DNA of 64,000 nt from Candidatus Fraserbacteria bacterium. GTDB lineage: Bacteria > Bipolaricaulota > Bipolaricaulia > RBG-16-55-9. The stretch is taken from assembly GCA_037442925.1 (NCBI GenBank), contig JBBIPG010000001.1, positions 33,814 through 97,813 of the forward strand. The letters run 5' to 3'. A program made the position numbers and the translations under genes. A model generated the notes under the pieces. The model saw only the letters and a list, made by a program, of their open reading frames with translations, was not told the DNA's origin and ran no database searches. How positions within the stretch are numbered: the first letter of the stretch is position 1; each line of letters starts with the position of its first letter. Shown one piece after another: positions 38,138-46,882 of the stretch.

Positions 38138-38526
38138 AAAAGATCACCGTCAAGACCCGTCACGAACGCGAGCTTTTAGACATCACAGCTCAAGTGGAAA
38201 AGGCGCTTAGAGAGTTTGGTCCCATTACCGGAGCGTGCGTGCTCTACGTGCCTCACACGACCGCGGGAATCACCCTCAATGAGAACGCGGACCCAGCTGT
38301 AAAAGAAGATATTCTCGATGCGCTCACGCGCCTAGTTCCCAGATCACTCGAGTACAAGCACGTTGAAGGCAATGCCCACGCGCATATTCAATCCAGCTTG
38401 ATTGGGCATTCTGTCATGATCCCGGTAGAGGACGGCAAGTTGCGGTTAGGGACGTGGCAAGGCGTTCTCTTTTGTGAGTTTGACGGGCCCCGTGAGCGTG
38501 AGGTCTGGGTCATCCCTCTGGGCTGA
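38134..38526 (+). CDS. yjbQ: YjbQ/UPF0047 family protein
   Basis: HTTAGITLNEN.DP, H.EGNAHAH, LGTWQG..FCEFDGPR. Confidence 0.93.
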   Translation: MKKITVKTRHERELLDITAQVEKALREFGPITGACVLYVPHTTAGITLNENADPAVKEDILDALTRLVPRSLEYKHVEGNAHAHIQSSLIGHSVMIPVEDGKLRLGTWQGVLFCEFDGPREREVWVIPLG

Positions 38527-39343
38527 TGGCTTCAGTGATGCGGTCGCTGCGATAGCCTTCGAGATCGAGAGTGACGCGTTCAAAGCCTAGATTCTTGAGA
38601 TATAGAGCGATCTCCGCTATCAAGCTACGATCGAAGATCCTTTCCATCTCTTCCGGTGCAATCTCGATACGTGCCAGCTTCTCGTGGCAGCGAACTCGGC
38701 ATTGCCGAAAGCCCTTCTCTTGAAGAAAACCCTCGGCTCGTTCGACCATAGTCAGCCTTCGTTGGGTGACCCGAAGTCCATGAGGAATGCGCGATGCCAG
38801 ACAAGCCATGCTCGGCTTGTCCCAGACGCTCAGCTTCAGTGCACGGGCCATAGCACGAACTGCTGACTTCTCCACACGATGTTCCAGCAACGGCTGATAA
38901 ATGCTATGCTCTGTCATGGCCCGCAGACCTGGCCGATGGCCTCTGGTGTCAGAGAGATTGGTGCCAGACGCAACGGTCATGAAGCCCAGCCCTTGCGCCA
39001 GTCGTTTGAGACTGCTCATGCGCATATCCTGGCAGAAGTAACAGCGGTTCTCCGGGTTGCTTGAGAACTCCTCTCTGGCCAGCTCGCTGTAGGTGATGGT
39101 GCGATGGGCGATGCCGATCTCCTGAGCTGCCCGTCGAGCTTCTTCCAGTTCGCGAGCGGGCAGAGTTTCACTCACTGCCGTGACGGCCACAGCGCGATCA
39201 CGCAGGGCGCGATAAGCGAGAGCGGCCACCACGCTCGAATCCACACCCCCGCTGAAGGCCACGAGGATGCTCTCTTTCTTTTTCATCTCCTCAATGATTT
39301 CGCCAATGAGCATCTCGAGACGGTCATTCACGTTCCTATTCAT
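38510..39343 (-). CDS. larE: LarE-family ATP-dependent sulfur transferase
   Basis: PP-loop AFSGGVDS, NRCYFC, RPGLRA, KPSMACLASRIP, RVR.H. Start uncertain (39343 or 39355). Confidence 0.88.
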   Translation of the reverse strand: MNRNVNDRLEMLIGEIIEEMKKKESILVAFSGGVDSSVVAALAYRALRDRAVAVTAVSETLPARELEEARRAAQEIGIAHRTITYSELAREEFSSNPENRCYFCQDMRMSSLKRLAQGLGFMTVASGTNLSDTRGHRPGLRAMTEHSIYQPLLEHRVEKSAVRAMARALKLSVWDKPSMACLASRIPHGLRVTQRRLTMVERAEGFLQEKGFRQCRVRCHEKLARIEIAPEEMERIFDRSLIAEIALYLKNLGFERVTLDLEGYRSDRITEAISPEG

Positions 39344-39457
39344 AGCTCGAAGCACCCGCCATGATGAGAATTGCTAGCACATACATGCTTCGATTTCAAA
39401 TCCTCCCAGTTCGGGTGTATGATGCCTTACGGAACAAGCAAACCAGGGGGAGGGATC

Positions 39458-39847
39458 ATGGGTATGCGCGACATATTAGCCTTCTTGCTGGGCTTAGCTC
39501 TTATCATTAGCATGGCGGTCTTGATCACGCGAGGCACGGCGGAGGTCATCGCACAGCGCGAGGCATTGGAGGCAAAGATTGAGGATCTCCTGGAGCGCGA
39601 GGAGGTCACCCTCGCAGATTTCATTGAGGCCCTTGGCGAGCCTCAATCCCTCGATACCGTTACCTGTCAAGGCGCAAAGTGCCTCAAGGCCAGCTGGGAT
39701 TTGTCGTACGCGACCCGAGATTGTTGGAAGCGTCTTAGTGTCGTGATCAATGAACAGCAGAAAAGCATCTTCTTCGCCGAGCTTATAGACCTTGCAGTAA
39801 TCGAGCGGAAAGGAGAGGAGATTCGGTGCGTTGAGGCACCCGAATAG
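39458..39847 (+). CDS. Membrane-anchored hypothetical protein
   Basis: GGGGGAGG SD, N-terminal TM helix, T..DFIEALGEP motif, four Cys. Confidence 0.65.
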   Translation: MGMRDILAFLLGLALIISMAVLITRGTAEVIAQREALEAKIEDLLEREEVTLADFIEALGEPQSLDTVTCQGAKCLKASWDLSYATRDCWKRLSVVINEQQKSIFFAELIDLAVIERKGEEIRCVEAPE

Positions 39848-39924
39848 TTTCAATTCCTGTCCTTTGGAGCACGTAAGTTGCAGCACAAACACGAAGAAGA
39901 GTATCCTAGCTGTTGCTACTTCTC

Positions 39925-40581
39925 ATGAGCGAGCGATATTACTACATCGAGACGGACGGCATGGTCTACCTTGTGGAGCAGGGGAACCGGTGGGTGCTGC
40001 CCACTCTGCCGGAGGAGATCCCGTTTCGATTTGAACCACGGGAGTCCCTGATGGTCGGTGATCAGGAAGTGCTCTACTGCCAGCCTCTGCTCGACTATTA
40101 TCCCCGAGAATGGCACCACAAAGACGAGATTCCCGGCAAAGAGAATGTTCATCCCCTCGTGCGCCAAGTGGTACATCACACGCTCCCACGAGTGGTAGCG
40201 GAAGCAGTCATCCGCAAAGGGGGCCAGTTATTATTGGTGAAACCCTTGCGCGGTTTCAATGCCGGCCAGTGGACCCTGCCGGGCGGTTTTGTCTCCTATG
40301 GAGAAGCTCCCATGCAATCTGTGCAACGAGAGGTTGCAGAAGAGGTCGGTGCCCCCTGCCGGGTGGGCAGACTCTTGGGTGTCGAGACTTTTCTGGGCAA
40401 AAAATCGTTCTACACCTGGCACATGTTCTTTTACGAAGTCGAGCTGTTAGATGAAACATTCAAGCCAGCTGCGGATGAGATCGCAGAGATTCGCTGGTTT
40501 CCCTTCTCTGAAGCCATGCAGGCTCTTCAGGGTGCAAAGCGCCAGAGAATCGAGAAGATTCTTCATGAAGTGTTTGATTGA
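39925..40581 (+). CDS. NUDIX hydrolase
   Basis: Nudix box GFVSYGEAPMQSVQREVAEEVG. Confidence 0.88.
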   Translation: MSERYYYIETDGMVYLVEQGNRWVLPTLPEEIPFRFEPRESLMVGDQEVLYCQPLLDYYPREWHHKDEIPGKENVHPLVRQVVHHTLPRVVAEAVIRKGGQLLLVKPLRGFNAGQWTLPGGFVSYGEAPMQSVQREVAEEVGAPCRVGRLLGVETFLGKKSFYTWHMFFYEVELLDETFKPAADEIAEIRWFPFSEAMQALQGAKRQRIEKILHEVFD

Positions 40582-40584
40582 ATC

Positions 40585-41991
40585 TTAACGAGTTGCCTGC
40601 TCAAAGGCGTAGGCCGCTCGCAAGATTTTTGCTTCTTGCAGCTTATTCCCAACGATTTGGAGTCCGAAGTGCAAACCATCCACCCTTCCTCCCGGAATCG
40701 AGATGGCACAGATCCCCGCTAAACTCATGGGCACCAGATAGATATCGGAGAGATACATGGCCAGTGGGTCTTCGGTCTTCTCGCCCAGCCTGAAGGCGGG
40801 CGTGGGCGATGTGGGAGTGAGGAGCACATCGACTTGTTGGAAGGCGACATCGAAGTCTTCTTTGATGAGGGCGCGCACTCTTTGAGCCTTGCCATACCAC
40901 TGATCGTAATACCCTGCGGATAGAGCATAGGTTCCCAGCATGATGCGCCGCTTGACTTCGGGCCCGAAGCCTCTCTCACGGCTGTCCGAGAACATCGCAT
41001 CTACAGACTTGTCGTTACTGCGGCGGCTGTAGCGCACACCGTCGTAACGGGCCAGATTTGCACTGGCCTCGGAAGCGGAGATGAGATAGTACGTGGGGAT
41101 GGCGTACTCCGCATGGGGCAATGAAATCTCGCTCAGTTGTGCACCAAGATCCCGGAACGTTTCTATCCAGCCATCTACGCACCGTCGAGGCTCACCCTGG
41201 AGTGCATCGACGAATTCGCGGACGATTCCCACTCGGAAACCCCGAATGCCCTTATCTAAGTCGCGCGTGTAATTGATTCCTCCACTGTCGATCGAGGTCG
41301 AGTCAGCTGGGTCGTGACCTGCCATGATGCCAAGAAGTAGAGCGGCATCACGCACGTCTTTTGTGATGGGGCCAATCTGATCGAGAGAAGAGGCATACGC
41401 AACCAGGCCGTATCGCGAAACCAGCCCATAGGTAGGTTTGAGCCCCACGACTCCACAGAAGGCAGCTGGCAAGCGAACAGAGCCACCGGTATCTGTACCC
41501 AGGGCGGCGAGGGCAGTGTGAGCTGCTACAGCGGCAGCCGATCCACCGGAGGAGCCGCCGGGCACCCGTTCGAGATCGAATGGGTTTCGGGTTGGATGAA
41601 AACCGGAATTCTCTGTTGAAGAGCCCATGCCGTATTCATCGAGATTGGTCTTGCCCAGAATGCTTGCTCCTGCTGTCCGCAGCTTCTGGATGGCTGTCGC
41701 ATCGAAGATGGGCCGGAAGTCCTCCAGGAACCTGGACCCACAGGTCGTGCGAAAACCCATGGTCGATATGAGATCTTTGACGGAGATGGGAAGGCCCTTC
41801 AGTGGCTTGTCTTGGAGGGATTTTGCCTCGTTGAGCAGGCGATCCGGCTGGGTTACTTCCAGGTAGGCGTTGATGCTCGGCTCTTTCTCTGCCAGAGCTT
41901 CGTACACGTCTTCGATGACATCATCAATGTGAATCTCGCCGCGATCCAAAAGCTCAATCAATTCATGAAGGGGCTTTTCGTTCCAATTCAA
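40585..41991 (-). CDS. gatA: Asp/Glu-tRNA amidotransferase subunit A
   Basis: KD, GKTNLDEYGMGSS, GGSSGGSAA, DTGGSVR, EVKRRIMLGTYALSAGYYD. Confidence 0.96.
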   Translation of the reverse strand: MNWNEKPLHELIELLDRGEIHIDDVIEDVYEALAEKEPSINAYLEVTQPDRLLNEAKSLQDKPLKGLPISVKDLISTMGFRTTCGSRFLEDFRPIFDATAIQKLRTAGASILGKTNLDEYGMGSSTENSGFHPTRNPFDLERVPGGSSGGSAAAVAAHTALAALGTDTGGSVRLPAAFCGVVGLKPTYGLVSRYGLVAYASSLDQIGPITKDVRDAALLLGIMAGHDPADSTSIDSGGINYTRDLDKGIRGFRVGIVREFVDALQGEPRRCVDGWIETFRDLGAQLSEISLPHAEYAIPTYYLISASEASANLARYDGVRYSRRSNDKSVDAMFSDSRERGFGPEVKRRIMLGTYALSAGYYDQWYGKAQRVRALIKEDFDVAFQQVDVLLTPTSPTPAFRLGEKTEDPLAMYLSDIYLVPMSLAGICAISIPGGRVDGLHFGLQIVGNKLQEAKILRAAYAFEQATR

Positions 41992-42033
41992 GCTTGCAAT
42001 GCCTCCTGCTGGGAAACGGAGCGAGGCAGATCA

Positions 42034-42119
42034 TGGTGCCGGGAGAGGGATTTGAACCCACACGGGCGGTGCCCACACGCTCCTGAAGCGTGCGCGTCTT
42101 CCAGTTCCGCCATCCCGGC
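42034..42119 (-). tRNA. tRNA-Leu (anticodon CAG)
   Basis: GCCGGGA/TCCCGGC-A-CCA, anticodon arm CACGC-TTCAGGA-GCGTG, variable arm, TTCAAAT loop (one U-U pair in the T stem); promoter TTGACA-17-TAGAAT at 42169-42141. Confidence 0.95.
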
Positions 42120-42204
42120 TGGTCAAGAGAATGCGCAACCATTCTAGGAAACGTTGGCACCTTTGTCAAGAGAAGCCATAGCCGTTATAGTGCAATTGGT
42201 GAGT

Positions 42205-43137
42205 ATGAAAGCTAGGCATCTCTTCATCGTCAATCCTATCGCAGGGCGTGGAAGAACCGAAAAGCGTCTTCCTTCCATCTTGGCTCTTCTTGAACGACGG
42301 AATCTCGTTACGGAGTGGTGCCGCACTTCGCAACCCAGAGAGGCGACAGAGTTAGCTGAGGAAGGTGTGCGAAAGGGGTTTACGCACATTGTGGCGGTTG
42401 GGGGTGATGGCACTGTCCATGAGGTCGCAAACGCTCTCATCAATTTGCCAGTGACGTTGGGGGTCATCCCCACCGGAAGCGGGAATGACTTCGCGAAGGC
42501 AGCCGGAATTCCCCTGGAACTGCCAATGGCCATCGAAGTGCTGCTCTATGGCGAGAACCACCGCGTAGATGTGGGCAGACTGGGAGATCGCTATTTTGTG
42601 AACGGTCTGGGTGTCGGGTTGGATGGCGCTGTGTCGCATCGCTTTCAGCGCATGAGCCACCTAGGGGGAGAGCTTGGGTATCTCTGGGGAGCCATTCACG
42701 AGGCGCTCACATTTCGCGCTCGTAGCATTGAACTTCGGACTTCTGATTGGGAGTATCACGGACGGGCCTTACTCGCTGGTGCGTCGAACGGGCAATACCA
42801 CGGTGGGAATTTCAAATTGGTCCCGGACGCCCAAGTTGATGATGGGTTACTCGATGTTTACGTGATCCAAGATATGTTGCCACTTAAGAGACTTCTTGAG
42901 ATCCCCAAGGTTCGCAAGGGAACACACGTCAGCCTACCAGAAGTCCAGATCCGGCGGGCTTCTTGGGTTGAGATCGTCTGCGATAATCCCCTCTTGGCCC
43001 ACATGGATGGAGAACCGTTTCAGTTGGAGCCGGGCGTCCATCGGGTGGAGGTGCTGCCGTGCGGTCTACAGATCGTCACCGTCGGTCAAAAGCCTTATCC
43101 GCGGCCGGAAGCCTCGCCCACGGGTGAGCTTACATAG
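42205..43137 (+). CDS. Diacylglycerol kinase-family lipid kinase (YegS/DagK-like)
   Basis: NPIAG, GGDGT, PTGSGNDFA, GG.F..PDA..DDG.LD, DGE. Confidence 0.92.
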   Translation: MKARHLFIVNPIAGRGRTEKRLPSILALLERRNLVTEWCRTSQPREATELAEEGVRKGFTHIVAVGGDGTVHEVANALINLPVTLGVIPTGSGNDFAKAAGIPLELPMAIEVLLYGENHRVDVGRLGDRYFVNGLGVGLDGAVSHRFQRMSHLGGELGYLWGAIHEALTFRARSIELRTSDWEYHGRALLAGASNGQYHGGNFKLVPDAQVDDGLLDVYVIQDMLPLKRLLEIPKVRKGTHVSLPEVQIRRASWVEIVCDNPLLAHMDGEPFQLEPGVHRVEVLPCGLQIVTVGQKPYPRPEASPTGELT

Positions 43138-44741
43138 AGATAGCGTTTGATATCTTTGAGCGTCGTCTTCTCAAAGGGCTGTTCTACGATGATGACATCC
43201 TGTTCGCTCTTGATGCGCTTGTAGGAGGCAAGGTTTTGATTGCGCACTTTGATCTCTTCCCAAATGAGTCTTTTCACATCTTCTAGGGCCAGTGAGTCTC
43301 CGATGAGATCCCTTTTGGGATAGATGAGGGCCTGAATGACCTCTGTCCCCTTGCGCTCAGCGCTGCGGACGAGCACGTCTTCCACATAGGGGATCCGTCC
43401 CAGCTCCCACTCGATCTCTTCAGGATAGACGTTCTTGCCCGTATCGAGCACGATCACGTTCTTGCGTCTGCCCTTGATGTAGACCCAGCCGTCTTCATCC
43501 AGATATGCCAGATCACCCGTGTGAAGCCAGCCTTCGGAGTCAATGACCTCTCGCGTGCGCTGGGAGTTCTTGTAGTAGCCGCGCATGATGTTGGGGCCAC
43601 GGGCGAGAAGTTCTCCCACTCCTTCTTCGTTCGGGTCAACGATCTTTACTTCGACATTGGATAGAGCGGGTCCGACCGATCCGGGTTTGCGGTTAAAGGG
43701 AGTGCTGAAGCTGAGTACAGGAGCAGCCTCTGTCATGCCATATCCCTCGATCATGCCCACGCCCAGCTCTCGGAAACCGTGAATGGTCGCTGGGGAGAGA
43801 GGAGCACTTCCGGATAAAAAGAAGCGTAGCTTCCCACCGGCCAGCTTCTGCTTGAGCATCCAACCGACAGCCTTGGGAGCCAGGCGGCGCAGAGTGCGCT
43901 TCCAGAAGCTCTGGCCGATGGCATCCTCCACTCGTTGATACATCGCGTGGTACAGCTTGGGCACACCCACGAGTATGGTCGTACCATAGCGGCGCAGGAC
44001 CTCTGCTAGATTGGCGTAATCGTTGGTGTAGACGATCGTCGCCCCTTTCCAAAGAGCAGCGATGAGCACAGCTAAACCGAAACTATGGTTCCACGGCGCG
44101 ATCGAAAGCACCACGTCGTCGGAGTTGACATCCAGGCGTTGAAAGACGGCACCCAAGTTCGATGTGATGTTCTCATGAGCCAGCATCACAGCTTTGGCAT
44201 CTCCTGTTGTGCCCGAGGTGCAGAGCATGATGGCCAAATCTTCTGCCTGAATCTCCCAAGCCGGTGGAGTCTTTTCTATCAGGAACTCATCCCAGGGAAT
44301 CGTCTTCTGCGTACGAGGAAGAGAAGCGCCCTTGTCATCTAGATTGACAATGAAGCGGAGGAAGTGCAGTCCTTCGACCAGTGGGGCAAGATCTGCTGAG
44401 GCCAGGATGCCCACCACGTCGCAGGCGTGCAACAATCGCTGTATCTCTGCCCGTTTAAGCAAGGGATCAATGGGCACAGCCACAGCACCTGCTTTGAGAA
44501 TCCCCAGCATGCCTGCCGCCCATTCCGGCCGAGGCCGCGAGAGAATGGCCACTTTATCTCCGGGATGAATCCCTCGGCGAACCAACGCCGTAGCCGCACA
44601 GTCGGCCAGCTCTGCCAGTTGTCGGTAGGTGATCTCGTCGTAACCTCCTCCCTGAGGAGAAAGTGTGACGAGAGCCCTCTTTGAACGCTGGTCTTTTGCT
44701 GCTGCCTCGAAGATCTCGAGAATCGTTGGGTACCCGCTCAT
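43095..44741 (-). CDS. Long-chain fatty acid-CoA ligase (AMP-binding)
   Basis: TSGTTGDAK, EGYGMTE, GWLHTGD, GRRKNVIV..GKNVYPEEIE. Confidence 0.9.
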   Translation of the reverse strand: MSGYPTILEIFEAAAKDQRSKRALVTLSPQGGGYDEITYRQLAELADCAATALVRRGIHPGDKVAILSRPRPEWAAGMLGILKAGAVAVPIDPLLKRAEIQRLLHACDVVGILASADLAPLVEGLHFLRFIVNLDDKGASLPRTQKTIPWDEFLIEKTPPAWEIQAEDLAIMLCTSGTTGDAKAVMLAHENITSNLGAVFQRLDVNSDDVVLSIAPWNHSFGLAVLIAALWKGATIVYTNDYANLAEVLRRYGTTILVGVPKLYHAMYQRVEDAIGQSFWKRTLRRLAPKAVGWMLKQKLAGGKLRFFLSGSAPLSPATIHGFRELGVGMIEGYGMTEAAPVLSFSTPFNRKPGSVGPALSNVEVKIVDPNEEGVGELLARGPNIMRGYYKNSQRTREVIDSEGWLHTGDLAYLDEDGWVYIKGRRKNVIVLDTGKNVYPEEIEWELGRIPYVEDVLVRSAERKGTEVIQALIYPKRDLIGDSLALEDVKRLIWEEIKVRNQNLASYKRIKSEQDVIIVEQPFEKTTLKDIKRYLYVSSPVGEASGRG

Positions 44742-44747
44742 CGTGGA

Positions 44748-45713
44748 TCAACCTCCGAAAGACCACTGTCGGTCTTGCATGTATGTTTCGGCCTCCAGGG
44801 CTGCGATACAGCCATCGGCTGCCGCAATGACGGCTTGGGCATATTCTCCGGAGAACTTGCGCACATCGCCCACTCCATAGACTCCAGGGATTCTCGTACG
44901 AGTCCGTGCATCAGTGATCAAGTAGCCCTCCTCGTCCATCTCTAGTTTGCCCTTGAGAAAGGCCGTCGCCGGTCGATGGCCGATGTTCACGAAGACGCCC
45001 GCTACATCTGTCTGTTCAAAAAGCTTGCCCGTCTTAAGATCCCGAAGCACGACGGCTTCGAGCTTGCTCTGGCCTCGCAGCTCCTCGACGACGGCATTCC
45101 AGATGATTTTCACTTTGGGGTTCTTCATCACTTTTTCGACGAGCACTTTGTCTTTAGCTCGGATGGCCTTAGGGTCATCTGGAGGATGGCGCACGACCAT
45201 GCGAATCTCGTTGGCGAATTTCGTCAAAAACAGCGTCTCTGTGAAGCCGGAATCTCCGGCTCCGACTTCGATTACGTTCTTCCCTTTGAAGAAATACCCA
45301 TCGCAGACGGCACAATAGGAAAGCCCCCGGCCCTTAAAGTCTTTGGCTCCTTTGGCGGGTAATTCCACGGGGCCGGCGCCCGTGGCGATGATCACGACGG
45401 GCGCTTGATACTTCCCCTGATCGGTGACGACTACGTGGTCTTTACGTTCATTGCCCCACTGAATATCTATGGCTTCTTCCAGCTTGATTTCCGTGCCAAA
45501 GCGTTCCGCCTGCTTGCGCGTGCGCTCCATGAGTTCAGGCCCAGAGATGGCCACCTCAAAGCCGGGGTAGTTCTCCACGTCGGTCGTATCGTTGAGTTGA
45601 CCGCCAGGAATCTTCTTGTCCATGAGAAGAGTTTTCAGGTTGGCGCGGGCGGTGTAGATGCCAGCGGTCAATCCCGCCGGACCGCCCCCCACAATGATCA
45701 CCTCATAGGCCAT
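44748..45713 (-). CDS. trxB: Thioredoxin reductase-family flavoprotein
   Basis: GGGPAG, VENYPG, IATG, SYCAVCDG, GDV..QA..AA..G. Confidence 0.88.
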   Translation of the reverse strand: MAYEVIIVGGGPAGLTAGIYTARANLKTLLMDKKIPGGQLNDTTDVENYPGFEVAISGPELMERTRKQAERFGTEIKLEEAIDIQWGNERKDHVVVTDQGKYQAPVVIIATGAGPVELPAKGAKDFKGRGLSYCAVCDGYFFKGKNVIEVGAGDSGFTETLFLTKFANEIRMVVRHPPDDPKAIRAKDKVLVEKVMKNPKVKIIWNAVVEELRGQSKLEAVVLRDLKTGKLFEQTDVAGVFVNIGHRPATAFLKGKLEMDEEGYLITDARTRTRIPGVYGVGDVRKFSGEYAQAVIAAADGCIAALEAETYMQDRQWSFGG

Positions 45714-45765
45714 AACGACAGATAAGAGCCCCCTTTTCCCCCTGTATCAGCAACACGATAAGACA

Positions 45766-45795
45766 ATCATACCTAAGACGAAGGGAACGTGTCAA
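45766..45795 (-). promoter_or_regulatory. Promoter of trxB
   Basis: TTGACA (45795-45790), 18 nt, TATGAT (45771-45766). Confidence 0.6.
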
Positions 45796-46434
45796 TCACG
45801 GAGAGGGAGCGCGCATCCGCGCACCGCTATTGAAACCGATCGTGCCCCAGAAGGCGGATGTGAGGGTGGGTAAGAAGACGATGGCAGCATCCTTGAGCTC
45901 TGCTTCCATGGGACGAAGCAATTCAATCAAATAAGGAATGGTGCGCTGGAGAAACTCGGGTGTCTCCGGGCTGATCAGGTCCTGCTCTCGACCCGGTTCC
46001 AGCAGCCAATCGATACCGCTCCAGACGAAGAAAGCCTCTGCCAATCCGCCAAGAGCTCCGGCGAAGCTGCCAATGATCGATGCCACTAGGTTGCCCTCCA
46101 CTCCGTTCATGGAGCCGATCGTCACAATTCCGATCGTCGTGCCCGCGAACACGAAGAGCGGATACGCAATCGGGCGAAGCGCCACTCTTCCCGCCCGCTC
46201 ACAGAGTGCTGAGTCTTCCGCGTCTTTGCACCACGAGGAGACGAGCGTTTCTACGAGTGTGGCTCCTCCCATTGCTCCTCCCACGGCTCCGCCCAGAAAC
46301 TCCCAGATGAAAAAATCCTCCGGCTTCGGCCTTGGCCTCGCACCGTCTGACCCTTGCGCCCACGTGGGCAGCCCAGGAATGATGATCCCTGCCAGGAGCA
46401 CGAAGATGAGAATTCTTTGGGTTGTGTGTCTCAT
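45796..46434 (-). CDS. Hypothetical membrane protein with glycine-zipper-like helices
   Basis: Signal peptide; GGAVGGAMGG and GSFAGALGG. Confidence 0.65.
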   Translation of the reverse strand: MRHTTQRILIFVLLAGIIIPGLPTWAQGSDGARPRPKPEDFFIWEFLGGAVGGAMGGATLVETLVSSWCKDAEDSALCERAGRVALRPIAYPLFVFAGTTIGIVTIGSMNGVEGNLVASIIGSFAGALGGLAEAFFVWSGIDWLLEPGREQDLISPETPEFLQRTIPYLIELLRPMEAELKDAAIVFLPTLTSAFWGTIGFNSGARMRAPSP

Positions 46435-46513
46435 GGCACTCGCATTCTAAACTTTCTCAGCCTCGAAACGCAACCGGTTGAAACCGTGCGCCTTTGTACT
46501 TACGCTAAGAGCT

Positions 46514-46873
46514 ATGGACCGCGAGCGCTTCCAAGAACTGGTCGAACAGGCTGTGGCAGATCTTCCGGAATTCTTCCGCGAGAAGATGCAAAACATCGCC
46601 ATTGTGGTTGAGGATCATCCTCCCCGAGAAGTCGCCTTGCAGTATCCGGGTCAACTGCTTCTAGGACTCTATCGCGGGGTTCCTCTGCCGGATCGCAGCG
46701 TCTGGTCCTTCCATCCCTACCCGGATGTCATCTCCATCTATCAGAGAAATATCGAGAGGGTTTGCCGCACGGATGCGGAGATCGTCCGGCAAGTCCGTGA
46801 GACGGTCATGCACGAGATCGGCCACTATTTTGGGATGGATGAGGAGCAGTTACGAGAGCTCGGGCTGGGCTGA
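46514..46873 (+). CDS. Zincin-like metallopeptidase (DUF1025 type)
   Basis: LLGLYRGVPL, PD.ISIY, TVMHEIGHYFG. Confidence 0.9.
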   Translation: MDRERFQELVEQAVADLPEFFREKMQNIAIVVEDHPPREVALQYPGQLLLGLYRGVPLPDRSVWSFHPYPDVISIYQRNIERVCRTDAEIVRQVRETVMHEIGHYFGMDEEQLRELGLG

Positions 46874-46882
46874 GCGGAGTTG

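Noticed and set aside
32099..42119. Island integrated at either tRNA
   Set aside because: No duplicated tRNA 3' end or integrase seen; the flanks are housekeeping genes.
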